Source of the DNA: Takakia lepidozioides
Taxonomy: Eukaryota; Plantae; Bryophyta
Reading direction: 5' to 3'
Assembly: GCA_030704615.1 (NCBI GenBank)
Contig: CM060733.1
Coordinates: 14,136,001 to 14,200,000, forward strand
Length of the DNA: 64,000 nucleotides
In this document: positions 1 through 13,129 of the stretch, in pieces
Layout of the letters: each line of letters opens with the position of its first letter
Numbering within the stretch: the first letter of the stretch is position 1
Notes under the pieces: model-generated
What the model was told of the DNA's origin: nothing
Seen by the model: only the letters and a program-made list of their open reading frames with translations
Databases searched by the model: none
Made by a program: the position numbers and the translations under genes

Positions 1-1190
1 AGGGAAGAAAACTAAAAATTGAAAACCTAAAACCTACTATCGGAAGTAAAAGGTACTGGGCAAGAGGCCGGAGACTAACGCTTAAGTGGGGAGTGAAGAG
101 TAGACTAGAAACTGCTTACTAAACGCCCGATATGAGAGGTGGGATGAAGAGGCGGGAAGTCAGACATTGAAATCTAAAGTAGATAAACGATACTTCAAAA
201 AAACCATCCACAACCACACATAACCAAAAACGTAGTAATTAAAAGAAATTATATTATCAGAAAGTATGAATCATTCTTTATATTTAGTAGATAAATCTCC
301 ATCACTTCATCATTCTTTAACTACGCAACCAAAACTGCGTACTATGCCTTACTCAAACCACAACAATTCAATTAGAAATGGGCATCGAAATGGGCGGGCC
401 ACGGACTGCACCAATCGAGTTACATTTGGTCTAACATGACGTCCTGCTATGTAAATGTTGCGGCTTGGGGATTTCTAAATCTTTGGAGCACAGTTGGTTG
501 CATTGCAGAATACCTCAAAGGTCTGGCCTCATCTTCTGTCGGTGATGTATAGATGAAAATCAGCGTATTGCACTATGGAACATCTGGAAAGCTAGGTGTA
601 ACTGGACTCTTAACAGGGAAAAGACTTACCTATCTGTGTTGCTAACTACTATTTTTCAAGAAGTTCAAATTGAGGGGAGAAAGACCTGGGCAGAGAGATT
701 GGAAGCTCATCTTATAAGATTTAAAGTGCATCATAACAACGCCATTTCATTAACATGTCTAAGCCAAGGAGATCAGTACCTCCTGAGCATTCTTCAAATG
801 TATTAGGGAAAGTAATATGTCAATCGATTGGTTTGAGCATGAGTGTTTTCAGTTGCCTTTCCTTGAGCAACAGTTAGTAAGGAACCATCATCCAATTTAA
901 ACTCTGCAAATCTTGCCCTAGAGAAAGGACATCTATGCCAGTATAAAAGGTGTGCGTGGTGCGGGAAAACGTGTCGAGTTCATAGCTTCCAGTATGCCTA
1001 AAAGAAGGTTCCCCAAGGAAAGATGGACTGTAGGCAATACCTCAAGCTAGTGATCCTGCACTCTAGATGCGTGGCTACAAGGATTGGACATGATGCTTCC
1101 ATAGAAATTTGGGAACTAATGGGTACATTTTGCTAGAGATGCCGAAGATTCCTCAAACCTTACTCACTAAGCATCTCTAATTAGCATTCA

Positions 1191-1440
1191 GAGGAGAGAG
1201 AGACAGTGTACTCATAAGACATTGTTGGCCGTAGCCTTGGGGCCAATGACCCCGCGCCCAGTTTGAGCGGAACACAAAGGGACAGAAACTACCTTGTCAG
1301 GGGCTGACGTCAGTAGTATGAGGAGAGAATGTACTCATAAAACGTTTGGCGTAGCCTTGTGGCCATTGACCCCGCGCCCAGTTTGAGCGAAACACAAAGG
1401 TACAGAACCTACCTTTGTCAGGGGCTGACGCCTCTAGTAA
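1191..1440. repeat. Tandem duplication, 2 diverged copies of a ~125-bp unit
   Basis: GAGGAGAG..GTACTCATAA..CGTAGCCTTG..GACCCCGCGCCCAGTTTGAGCG..TTGTCAGGGGCTGACG occurs twice head-to-tail (from ~1191 and ~1320). Confidence 0.85.
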
Positions 1441-2248
1441 GACTTACCTTGGAATAAACAATTGATCTGGGTTTTCGAGATATCCTCTAGAAATTCCTTC
1501 ACACAAGCATCAACTTGTTGTATCTTGTGAGCTCTGCATTGGTGTCAGCTTAGACCTAGTTGATATTCGCAGATAGTACCTCTGCCTTCGCAGATAAGAC
1601 TACAATGTGTGAATGTTTTATGCCCCTCAGGGGTTTATTGTTTTCCCTCTTAATAAATCAATTGGGCTTCATTATTCCCATTTTCTATTATTATTATTAT
1701 AATTTTGAGCTTTAATTTTTTTTTCCCGGTACGACTGCGCTGGGGCAGAAGCAATTTCCAAGGCGACCGCTGCCACAGCGGTTGCCTGAAATTTTTTTTC
1801 TTCATTATTCTTAATTTTAACTTCGTGCTTTAAGGTTTTTTTTAAAATGTTTTTCTCCCTGTGCGACTGCGCAACGGCAGACGAACTTTTCCGGTGACCG
1901 CTAAGAGAGAGGTCACCCGGATTTCCTATTACAGAAATCAAATTCCTTACAACTTTGCAGCCATGTTGTACATGGAGTTAATTTTGAAAAGACGTGTGGA
2001 TTGACAAACTGCTACAAAAAGGCATGACTAGAAAATATATTTTCACTACGTCATCCCGGACACATACGATGGGAACCAGGTGGAAACAAGTGCATTGCAG
2101 GTACCAAAGAAGAACCCACATTGGAGTTAGGGGCTGCACATATGGGCTTGGAATGAAATGTGTCAGTAGCGACTTCTTCGATGGACATGGGTATCGTGAC
2201 ACCAATGCTCATGCACAACACCGAAAGTCAGCCCAAATTGGTAGTACG

Positions 2249-2896
2249 TGTAAAGGACGAGAACATGACTGAACGTAAACAAAATATCAGACTAGAGGTA
2301 CAAAACTAGACAAGAAATCAAGGTCGGCGTGGCTGAATGCATGATGAGTAAATAAGAATGAAGACGATCTTCATAATAATGAACAAGAGTACAATATATT
2401 AGAATACGACTTAAATACTGGAATGCTGGAAACTGGACTGGAGTACCAGATACTGGAAACTGGGCTAGAGTACTGGGAACTGGACTGGAATACTGGAAAT
2501 TGAAAACAAGAGTAGCTTGAACTGGTGTTGGCGAGACTGATGAGTGTCCAGTCTCGCCTCCTATATATATACTGGCTACTAAGAAGCTTCTCTAAGAAGC
2601 TTTCCATTTGGAGGTTTATTGTTGGAGAAGTTTCCAAGATTAAACAACGGTTTCTTGATGAAGAAGCTTCCTTAAACAAATGAAGTATGGAGAAGTTTCC
2701 TCCAAAGGAAGCTTTATGAGCAGTTTCCCAAGTTACTTTTGGTAATTTGGTTAATTTTCGGTAACTTGATAAGTAATGGTAAATCATGGTAGATCATGAT
2801 AAATCACGATAAGTCATGATAATTTTCGGTAACTTGGTAACTTGGTAACTTCTGATATTTAGTCCTGGTAAATTCCTCTGGGCTATGTCCGTGACA
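2249..2896 (-). repeat. 3' LTR of chromovirus 1
   Basis: TGTAAAGGACGAGAAC...TGTCCGTGACA, matches 7978-8611; next to the minus-strand polypurine tract AGAGGAGGGGGTGA. Confidence 0.93.
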
Positions 2897-3474
2897 TCAC
2901 CCCCTCCTCTAGCGCCGAGTTTCTCGAGGAGCGGTAAAATCTTGGACTTGCTTAGAGTTGGAGAAAATCCAAAATCCGGCGAATGGTACTTGCCAAGTAT
3001 TTGGCTCTTCGATCTTGACTCAAATGATTTATAGGTCACTGCAACCATTGATAGTGCCCAACACCACGTAGTGATTTGAGCATTCTAATTTTCGAAGCTG
3101 CCTTCAAACATGATTTCGTTGCCCTCTGGGTCTGAAGCCTCAACCTCCAACATAATTATCAGACTTCGAGTAGGTTTCACTTGTTGTCGTACGGGGTCCA
3201 GACGAGGAAGTACGCGTCGCATTGGCGGCCCATCGTCTCGAGAGCGTCGGCGTGATGTTGAAGGTCGTGAGAGTCGAAACGGCTGATCTGGTAGCTGGGT
3301 AAGTGACAACTCCAATGTATCTGGTTCCTGTGACTCCATACTGCCAATACAAGATGCAAGAGTGCTGGAAGTGTAGCTATATACACTGATGTGTGGTGCT
3401 CCTCCCTCCTTAGCGTGTATCAAGTACATTGAATGTGAAGTCTTCACCTTGAAGCTAACTTGGCTGACATCATC

Positions 3475-6400
3475 ATTGTGACGTCTTATTGATGTGTAGC
3501 TCGGGGCTTAGCTGGATGAAACTCTTGGACTTTGTCAGATGCATTGGCGAGGTTGGATGAAGGTTCCCACGTTCGTTCGCTGATGTCGTACCCTTTTCAA
3601 TGTACGAAATACTCAAGACGTTTATACTTGATGCGAGAGTATAGGACTTCGTCGACTTCATGCTCAATTTTCTAATTGACTTCGATTGGTAGAGGTGGTA
3701 CGGAGACTGCCCTTGGAATATTTGATGGATGATACAACTCCAATAATGAAACATGAAAGTTGGATGGATGCGCATACTTTGTGGGAATTCAAGCCAAAAA
3801 CTGACCGGATTTCTTTGTCGAATAATTTTAAATGGTCACAGACGTTGATAATCCAACTTCCTTGATGGTCGCGAGGTTTGTATGTCCCGTCGAAAAAGCC
3901 ACACACGATCTCCGACCTTGAACTGGGGTTGGAGTTGGCGACGTTGATCTGCATACTCTTTGTATTGTTTTTGAGCTTCTGCGAGGTGGAATGTAAGCTT
4001 CTTGTAAATCATAGCGAAATGAGTAGCAAAGTTTTCTACAGCAGGGCTTCCAACAGTCTTCATGTGAAAAATGTTTGCTCGAGGATGATGACCATAATTG
4101 GAGAAAAATTGAGTTTGCTTGGTCGAAGAATGTATAGTGTTGTTGTAGGCAAACTCAGCCAATGACAGAAGGTCCGTCCAATTATCTTGGTGATAATTTA
4201 TCGTACAACGAAGATACTGCTCCAAAATCTGGTTTATACGTTCGGTTTGACCATCAGTCTGTGGATGATTAGCTGTAGAGAGGTTGATCTTAGTATCCAA
4301 TATGTGAAATAATCCCCTCCAAAAATTTGACATGAACTGTGGTCCTCGATCATATACGATGTCCTTCAAGAGTCCATGAATGCGGTAGATATTATTGAGG
4401 AAGAGTCTTGCAGTTTCCTCGCCGGTAACTGTCTTATTACATGGAATGAAATGTGACATCTTCGTAAAACGATCTACAATAACAAGGATTGAATCGGTGG
4501 TCTTGGAAATTGGTAGGTCCGTAATAAAGTCCATAGACACGGACGACCATGGACCCTTGGGCATATAATGGTTGAAGAAGGCCGTAAGGTCGATGTCGTG
4601 GTCCCTTCGCTCAAGCACACGTATCGCAAGATTTTATAAATTCTTTCACGACTTTCCACATCTGCGGCCACCAGTAGTCCCTGGATATCAATTCCATTGT
4701 TTTGTTGAAGCCGAAATGTCATGCAGCCTGAAGATCATGATATGTTTGAAGAATTCGAAGTCGTGTAGGTCTTGGAGGTACATAGAGAAATCCTTGAAAT
4801 AAAGTAAGTCATCTTTGAATTCGAAGTCATTTATAACATGTGGGTTGTCTCGAGGTCCATTTAGTTGACTTCGTAGTGTCGTAGCAAATTTTGTCGCTCT
4901 TTAGTGTTTCCTGAATCTCCTTTATGATCTCTACATCGTCATAAGTGGACATGGATATCATATTCAATTGAAGATTTGCTGGTTTGATTTCTGTTGGTCA
5001 AAAGCTGCATCTCCTTCTTTTGGCGCAAGATACGATCGTCGAGAAAGAGCATCTGGTTTTCCTTGAAGATGTCCGGGACGGTAGGTAATAACAAAATCAA
5101 ACCTTGCTAGTGATATACTTCATCTCGTTTGACGTCGATTCAAAACACGAGCACTCATAAAATACTCGAGGTTTTTGTGATCGATATAGATTGTAACCTG
5201 ATGTTTAGCTCCCTCCAATAGATGACGTCACTCCTCAAAAACATCGATAATCGCTAGAAGTTCTTTGTCATGGATTTCATAATTGATCTCCGCACCGGAA
5301 AATTTGCGAGAACGAAAACCAACAGGGTGAAGTCGGTCATCTGTACCATATTGAGAGAGTACCGTGCCAAGTGCAAAGTCCGATGCATCTGCTTCCAAAA
5401 AGAATGGTTTACATGGGTCTACATGTACCAGTATTGGAGCCGTTGTAAATGCCTGCTTCAGTCTTTTAAATGTTTGGTCAGCTTTCTCGTCCCATACAAA
5501 TTTGTCCTTCCCTGTGAGTCGTGTCAATGGTGCAGCAATTTTGTACATCTCGGACCGAAGTTGGTTTAATCCACTCGATGATGGTTTATATTTTCTTCTG
5601 ATCCATAAAGACTCATTTGTCGAAAATAATGTAGCCCAAAAATTCGACTTCAGATTGGTGGAAAAGACATTTTTCCAACTTGACATATAGTTTTTTTTCC
5701 CTCAATTTATCAAGGACAAGGCGTACATAACGACCATGTTTTTCTTCATTCTATGAAAATATCAAAATATCGTCCAAATAGATGAAATTCTCGACGGATG
5801 TTATTCATCATGTGTTGAAAAATTGCTGGAGCATTTGTAAGACCGAAAGACATAACACTGTATTCGAAATGTCCGTACCTTGTGCGAAAAGCAGTCTTCC
5901 ATTCGTCTCATTTTTTTATTCGTACAAGGTTGTAAGCTCATCTCAAGTCGATCTTAGTGAAAAAATTTGCTCGTCCAAGTTGTTCGAGGAGTCCGGAAAT
6001 CAGCGGTAGTAGGTAACGATTTTTTATAGTGACTTTGTTGAGCCCACGATAGTCCACACACATGCGTAATGATCCGTTTTTTTTCTTCTCAAATAAGATA
6101 TGTGCTCCCGCGGGTGATTTTGGATGTCGAATGAAATTCTTTGACAATTTTCATCAATGTATTTGTGTATAGCAGCCAGCTCCGTCTATGATAAATTGTA
6201 GATCGGGCCGAATGGTGGTTGAGCTCCTTCTTGCAACTCAATTGCACAATTATAAGATCGATGTTCTGGCAACATGACTGCATTTTTTTTCTCGAAGACA
6301 TCCTTGAAATCTTGATATTGAGTGGGTAATGTCGAAGTACCTTGGTCTGTTGTGGTTTTGATCGGAGTCGCATAAAGTGTAAATGTCGCGTCTTTCTTTG

Positions 6401-7939
6401 TAGCTCGAGATCATGAAAACTCTAGCTCCAAGAAACAGGGGTTGAATACCTTTGGTACTTTTGCATTTTTGTCTTGCCAAAATTTTTCGTGATCGCCAGT
6501 CGATGTTAGGATTATGAAGTACAAAGCAGGGAAGTCCAAGGATCACATGATTTGTTGGAGACTGGATGACATTGAAAACAATCTGTGATGCTTGATTTTT
6601 AAGCTTCACTTCAAGGGGTTGAGTTTCATGGTCAATATTTCCTAATGCTAACGGTCGTCCATCGATGACTTCAACAGGGGCCGATAATTTCTTTCTTACG
6701 AGCGTTAAATTGTGTTGCTTCGCGAAGTTTTTGTCAATAAAACACTCTGAAGCGCTCGAGTCCAAAAGTGCTTCTACGGAGATATCTCGATTTTGCATCC
6801 TCATCTTTACTGGAACTATGAAACAAGGTACAGGGTTTGGAGGTAGAAATAGACCTTTTTTTGGTGAAGAATTTGGGGTGTCCAGCCGCATGGTCCCTAC
6901 CTGTGACATGACATCTTCGTTTTCCGACCTCCTCGTATCGAACACTTGAGTTGTGCCCCGAGCTTTGAATCTTCTCTTGTTGGGGCAATTTAATGCTATG
7001 TGATCATCTTCTCCGCAATAAAGACATAATCCATTCGAGCGCCGTCTTTGTTTTTCTTGTGGCGTCAATGGCTTGAATCGGACAGCATTAATCTGCATAG
7101 GATCATTACCGGATATCTGATGGATCGTTGTGTTTGGTGCCGTAATAGCAGCGGCATGGTGCGTCGTCGACCATCCAGATCACTTCTCTTGACGTCTTTT
7201 GAACAAACGATTATCGCATGCAATGACTTGGGTGATGAATTCGCTCAGTGTACTCATGTTTGGCATTATCAGCAACAAATCTTTTACATCATCTTTTAGC
7301 CCACATCAAAACTGACTAATGAGGCTCTTCTCATTCCAGTCGAGGTCGCACGCAAGTTGTCGAAATTCGGCAGTATAAACGGAAGCATGACGTGCTCCTT
7401 GTCGAAGATTTCGCATTTTTGTCTCTGCAACTCTATCTCTATCATTCTCTCCAAACGTTGCAGTGAACTCGGACATGAATGCTTCAAAATTATATAGTAA
7501 ATGCGAATTTTTTTTCTAATAGCAGTGCAAATCAAGATAGGGCAGTGCCTGATAGAAGGGTGCCCACGAATCCCACTTGAATACCTTCATTAGGGTAGCA
7601 TTGTGGATGTAGTCATAGGAACAGTCGTACTTCTTGAACAAAACCGCGAAATCTTGATTTCGTCCCATCAAATTTCTCGGGCATGCTGATCTTTGGTTCT
7701 CTCGTAATCTGTTGAAGAAGAACTGTTGCAATATGAGCTGTTGAAGTAGGGATTCGTATGGTTGAAGATTCATTGTTCGACTCCTTTAACTTTGAAATTT
7801 GTTATTGCAAATTGTGGAGAGTGTTGCCAAGATCTTGAGACTAATCATCTTGCAATTGGGCGTTAGAGGTACGAAGTTCTTGCATCTGGAGCTGAAGACT
7901 CTGCAATGTGGCGACCATTTCCGCAAATGTGTCTTCCAT
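3475..7939 (-). pseudogene. gag-pol of chromovirus 1 (stops and frameshifts)
   Basis: Gag PEKFDG..CLYCGEDDHIALNCP; protease ALLDSSASECFI; [11 protein letters not shown] and YLDDILIFS; RNase H EADASDFALG..NYEIHDKELLAI; integrase SMDFITDLP..DRGPQF..DGQTERINQ; chromodomain-like EVDEVLYSR..KGYDISERTWEP at ~3500-3670. Confidence 0.92.
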
Positions 7940-7977
7940 CTTAACTAACTAAGGAACAAACTTTAGTCTCGCTAAAC

Positions 7978-8611
7978 TGTCAAGGACAAGAACATGACTG
8001 AACATAAACAATAGATCAGACTAGAGGTACAAGACTAGACAAGAAATCAAGGTCGGTGTGGCCGAATGCATGATGAGTAAATAGAAATCAAGACGATCTT
8101 TATAACAATGAACAAGAGTACAAGATATTGAAACACGACTTGAATACTTGAATGCTGGAAACTGGACTGGAGTACCAGATACTGGAAACTGGGGCTAGAG
8201 TACTGAGAACTAGACTGAAGTACTAGAAACTGGAAACAAGAGTAGCTTGAACTGGTGTTGGCGAGACTGATGAGTGTCCAGTCTTGCCTCCTATATATAT
8301 ACTGGCTACTAAGAAGCTTCCCTAAGAAGCTTTCCCTATGGAGGTTTCTTGCTGGAGAAGTTTCTAAGATTAAACAAAGTTTTCTTGATGGAGAAGCTTC
8401 ATTAAACAAAAGAGGTATCTTGATGGAGAAGTTTCCTCCAAAAAAAGCTTCCTTAGCAGTTTCTCAAGTTATTTTTGGTAATTTGGTAAACTTCCGATAA
8501 CTTGATAAGTAATGGTAAATCACGGTAAGTCATGGTAACTTTTGATAATATGATAACTTGGTAACTTCTGATATTTAGTCCTGGTAAGTTCCTCGGGCTG
8601 TGTCCGTGACA
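7978..8611 (-). repeat. 5' LTR of chromovirus 1
   Basis: TGTCAAGGACAAGAAC...TGTCCGTGACA; TATA-like run at 8292-8301; lies just upstream of the gag ATG at 7939 (minus). Confidence 0.93.
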
Positions 8612-10863
8612 GCATGTGTGGATGCTAGAGGCCGTCAAATTGAAGAGCTACAGGAGCTGATTGAGAAACAAAAGAGGCGCACGCAAGTGGAAATCAGATA
8701 TGGGGAAGATAACACACAACTACGAATGAAATTGAATGACAAGGATGTGACCTCCTCAACATTCTTACGAACAGAAGGACAAAGGGAAACCAGACAATAT
8801 TACAACTTTGGAAAATACGGATATCTTGCGGCCAACTGCCGAAGTGGAAGATACATCATATAATCGACAAACTTATCGAAGACCTCTTAACAGTTTAAGG
8901 AGAGGAGAAGATAATGAACATCACAATGAGTAGGAAAACGAGGACAACCAGTAAGTAGACCTCGCGGTCTTACTGGTTCTACACAGAAGAGGAAAGACGA
9001 GGGACCATACAAGGAGAAGAGACAGATCAATCATGCGGGCAATAAAGAGACGCAGTCAAGAATGGGAAGATGAATGACACCCAGTGACATATTTTTCTCG
9101 TAAATTATTACCTGCGGAACAGAATTACCATACAACCGAACGAGAAGAATTGACTATTGTTTTGGCTACAAAACATTGGAAGCACTATCTTGGAGACAAA
9201 AAGTTCATAGTGGAGACAGACCATAAACTGTTGGTGTACTTGGAGACACAGAAAGATCTATCGAAGAGACAAATTTGTTGGGCGGAGTGACGACAACAAT
9301 TTAACATGAAGATCGTCTATGTGGAGGGAAAACGGCAATTGGCAGATGCAATGATAATAATGCCGCACATGAACACATTGACAGAGATCAACATTCAATC
9401 CGATTGGTGGAACAAGATAGCAACGGCTTTAAAAGATGATGGGGAGATTGTGGACGCTAAGAAGAATGACAAAGTGACAGAAGTTCGAGGGTTGGTATTC
9501 AAGGAAGGTAAACTTTGGATCCCTGGTGAACCTGCATTGAAGACAAAAGTTTTGTTTGAAGCTCATGATACTGCGATAGCAGGACATGTTGGAGTTGAAA
9601 AAACATTCGAACAATTGAAACGAACATTTTATTGGCCACGGATGTGAGACGAGGTGGAACGTTCGAAGTTGCATGAAATGTCAACAAAACAAGTCAACAA
9701 ACTGCAAGCCAGTAGGTTTTTTATAACCACTATCAGTACCAAACAGACGTTGGGAACATATAAGCATGGATTTAGTTTGTGAGTTACCTTGAACCTCATC
9801 GGGATACAACACTATAGTGGTCTTTGTAGACAAATTGAGTAAGATGATACACATCCGTCCCACTAGAAAATCCGTCACTGCACCTGAACTAGCTCGACTA
9901 TATCTTGAAGCGGTCTATTCTCATCATGAGCTATCTAAAGATCTTATTATTGACAGGGGTACCCAATTTACTAGCTTGTTTTGAAAAAGCCTATTTGGTC
10001 TTTTTAAGACCAAATTAGCTATGTCAACAGCCTATCATTGGGAGTCAGATGGACAGACAGAGTGAGCGAATCGTACAATTGAAAACATGTTGCGAGCCTT
10101 TACATTAGAAGAACAAGAAGAGTGAAATTGGTTTTTACCATTAGTAGAATTTTCATACAATAACTCGGTCAACGCGTCAACGAAAGAGACTCATTTCTTT
10201 TTAATGTATGACAAACACCCAAATGTGCCAACAACTTTCACAAAGTTCAAGATACCAAACGAAGAGTTATCCAAGGTAGCCGCGACTAACGCATATGTGC
10301 AACAAATTTGACAGGGAGTACGTCAAGCTAAAGAGAAGTTAATGATTGTCCAAAATCGCCAAAAACAATATGCAAATGCACATCGCCAAGATGAGGAGTT
10401 AACTGTTGGGGATCAAGTGTGGTTATCTACAACCAACTTATCCATCATTGGATCGCGAAAACTAGGGGCACGGTTCATTGGTCATTTTTCGATTATAACG
10501 TATTGGAGTAGTAGCATACAAGCTGAAGTTATCACCACGTATGAAGATCCACCCGGTGTTTCACGTTTCTCTACTACGTCGTTACGAACCTCGACCATCA
10601 ATAATTCAAAGATAATCAAGAACCACAACCTTTACCAGAGTTGATAGACGGAAATGAAGAGTGGGAGGTCGACCGTGTTCTGAAAAAACTCATATACAAA
10701 CGAAGGCGACATGAGGTGTTGGAGTATTTGGTTCTATGGAAAGGATTTCCATTACATGAAGCTATCTGGGAACCGGTGCAAAATCTCGCAAATGCTCAAT
10801 TGACAATTCAAGCTTTTGAAAATTCGAACAACGAAGACGTTGCTTCTTCAAAGAGGGGAGGAT

Positions 10864-11238
10864 TGTAACAAGGTAGAATCTAGAAGGTTCTAGATGGGGG
10901 AGAAAAGTTCCATAGAAGTTTTCAAAATAACTAGGAAGGTTCCTAGGAAGTTTGACTTAAGGAAGTTTGACTTGAGGTTTTCAAGTCAAACCTATAAGAT
11001 ATTTATATTATGGAGAGTAGGTCAAATGTTTGATAAAGTCATATTGTGGAGAATATGTCAAACCTATGAAGGTTGACTTTACGAAGTTTTGACTTGAGGC
11101 TCTCAAGTTAAACCTTTAAAATAATCATTTTGTGAAGGGTATATAAACATGCAATGAAAGCCTAGAAGACATCGAGTTGTTTTGGGAAAAAGTTGAGAAG
11201 TACTTCTATTCTAGTTTGTATAGATCTTGGGTGTTACA
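10864..11238 (+). repeat. 3' LTR of chromovirus 2
   Basis: TGTAACA...TGTTACA termini, preceded by the PPT AAGAGGGGAGGAT; TATA-like GTATATAAAC inside. Confidence 0.88.
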
Positions 11239-11385
11239 TTGATGTGGATGAACAATTTTACAATTGTTTTTTATCTTTGGGTTATTTGTTGTCCATTGTT
11301 GTAGTTTGTTAGGCTGAACGCAGTTCTTCAACGGGAACGGATGGAGTCTGTCCGAACGCTCTCTATCGAAGCCGGGAAAGAATGA

Positions 11386-12006
11386 TTATGCATCCGCCGG
11401 CTCATCGTTTCCAATCGCATGCCGCAGGATGTGGATCAAGTGCGGGCAGACGTAGCACACCAACAGGGGTACGTTTTCCACCATTGTCTGCATGACGGCC
11501 TTGATCAGACCATGGAGGTGCACCGCCCATCCCACTCGTTCCCCACTGGCTGCCCGGACGAGCATCCATGCTTGACGTTCGGCTATACACCACGCATTGT
11601 GGGCGAGAAAAACGATATACGTGAGCGCGTTGTCTCTGGGTGCGGTGCACGAATCCACTCTCCACAGGCCCACGCTGACGTATCCATCTTCCAACACCCT
11701 GGTGTCACCGTCCCGCACCGCATCGACTTCGTCAAACGCGATCGAATTTGCCAACCCAAATATTTCTGCCACTAGCGTCGGCGTCAACTTTATCTCGCGC
11801 CCGCGAAAGGTTGCACATATGGTTGCAACGTCCAATCCACGTAACGTTTCCATGCACCAGTTGGGACGGAAATACCACCAGTTGATTCGTAATACAAACT
11901 CGCACAACCCCATTGTCCTTAGGTCTCTTACGTCATACTCTTTCGTATGGTGAGACCACCGACAAACATCCCAGGGTTGTTTGAAACAGACTCGCATTCG
12001 TCTCAT
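11386..12006 (-). CDS. 206-aa ORF resembling the putative plant transposon protein domain of LTR elements, inside a 705-bp insertion
   Basis: Motif FRGREIKLTPTLVAEIFGL and downstream VGWAVHL resemble that family; the GC-rich insert 11312-12016 is flanked by TGTTA duplicates and is absent from the right copy. Confidence 0.5.
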   Translation of the reverse strand: MRRMRVCFKQPWDVCRWSHHTKEYDVRDLRTMGLCEFVLRINWWYFRPNWCMETLRGLDVATICATFRGREIKLTPTLVAEIFGLANSIAFDEVDAVRDGDTRVLEDGYVSVGLWRVDSCTAPRDNALTYIVFLAHNAWCIAERQAWMLVRAASGERVGWAVHLHGLIKAVMQTMVENVPLLVCYVCPHLIHILRHAIGNDEPADA

Positions 12007-12329
12007 TGCTCGAGGATGTTAAGTTTTCATGGTGACAGTTTGGGGGTCATAGTACTTTGTGAAGTGATTTGTGTAGATCCAACATCATGACGCACATGCA
12101 AATAATTTTTACTACAATGTTCCAAAGAGTAAGCAAAGAGGAAGGTGAATTTGCATTGAAACACCCAACAGACTCGGTTATTAGACAACAGATTCGTATG
12201 AGGTCATGGAGAGAAAAAATTCAAAGATTCTGAAGCGGCAGTTGGACAACCTAGGACTGAATAACAAAGCAACATTGCAAATCAAGCAAAAAGAAGATAA
12301 TCATGATAATTCAAGACATAAAAAACAAG

Positions 12330-12612
12330 AGGAAAATACACCAACTGGTTTGCTTCTCATCTGTAGCCTCCCATCTACGCAGATGTAAAAAGATATCATA
12401 CCTTGAGTATAGCCTTGAATTACCTCAAGACTTTTAACAAGAAACCTGGAAAAGTTTACGGCCCATATGACAAATTGAGCAGACGGTCATTGGCAGAATG
12501 GTTTTCACCACAAGGAGTGCTGAAAGAAAAATCCAGACAAGCCATAGAAAGAATGACTACATTTCTTGTTGCTACCATACGCTTCTCAATTATGAATAAT
12601 AATCAAGGTTAA
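12330..12612 (+). pseudogene. Fragment resembling the N-terminal part of pogo/DDE_1-type transposases (mirror copy ~63025-63305 minus)
   Basis: Translates KYTNWFASHL*PPIYADVKRYHTLSIALNYLKTF..YDKLSRRSLAEWF; family assigned from recalled motif similarity only. Confidence 0.35.
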
Positions 12613-12835
12613 TAGGTCCAGATAATGTATATTTGTTGAAGACACTTTGGGGAATGCTAGAACGTGGACGTGGCCCCGTGAACGTGTGAGCGTGGGCTCA
12701 CAGTCCAGCTCAGCCGCGGACATAATCATGGAAGATGTTGGGCCTAATACCGTGGATGTACACCTATATTCGCGGAGATATGTAACATCTATAAGAGAAA
12801 TACATTCTGTAGAGATTTTGTTTCCCTATTTCCGA

Positions 12836-12871
<36 letters not shown>

Positions 12872-13129
12872 GAATGGTTTTTTGACATGGTTCCTCTCTT
12901 TGACAGCAAAAAATTGTTGATATATATGAGAGAAGAAAGACAAAGTATTACACAACAACCTTAAAGGAGATGATGACTGCAAAAGGTATGGAATTGACAA
13001 TCACACAAGAGATGGATCACCAACGGAAGTAGCTCTTCTCTGGCTTTATAAAGCAACTTCGCATAACAGATCCTACATTTGGGCTTTGATTTCTAAGCAA
13101 TTTTTTATTTTATTTTATTTTAGTATTTT

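Larger units (their letters stand above)
2249..8611 (-). mobile_element. Full-length decayed Ty3/gypsy chromovirus (Tf1/sushi/Tcn1-like)
   Basis: Two related ~640-bp LTRs (2249-2896, 7978-8611) with TG..CA ends; PPT at 2897-2911; gag-PR-RT-RH-IN-chromodomain on the minus strand; flanks GTACG/GCATG are consistent with a decayed 5-bp TSD (ancestral GCACG). Confidence 0.95.
1990..11238 (+). mobile_element. Truncated Ty3/gypsy chromovirus 2, host of chromovirus 1 (5' boundary uncertain, PR-RT deleted)
   Basis: The reading frame rejoins across the nested insertion (PKLVVR/VDARGRQIEELQE); degenerate zinc knuckle at ~8795-8840; RNase H 9084-9290; integrase ~9306-10640; chromodomain 10641-10868 (EEWEVDRVL..YLVLWKGFP..WEP); PPT 10850-10863; LTR 10864-11238. 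Confidence 0.85.

Noticed and set aside
400-1180. Possible LINE 3' (zf-RVT-like) remnant on the minus strand
   Set aside because: Only a weak HLLYWHRCPFSR resemblance; no ORF or further motifs.
2371-2787. ORFs inside the LTRs (also 8047-8409)
   Set aside because: Ser-rich translation of LTR-internal short repeats; no protein family evident.
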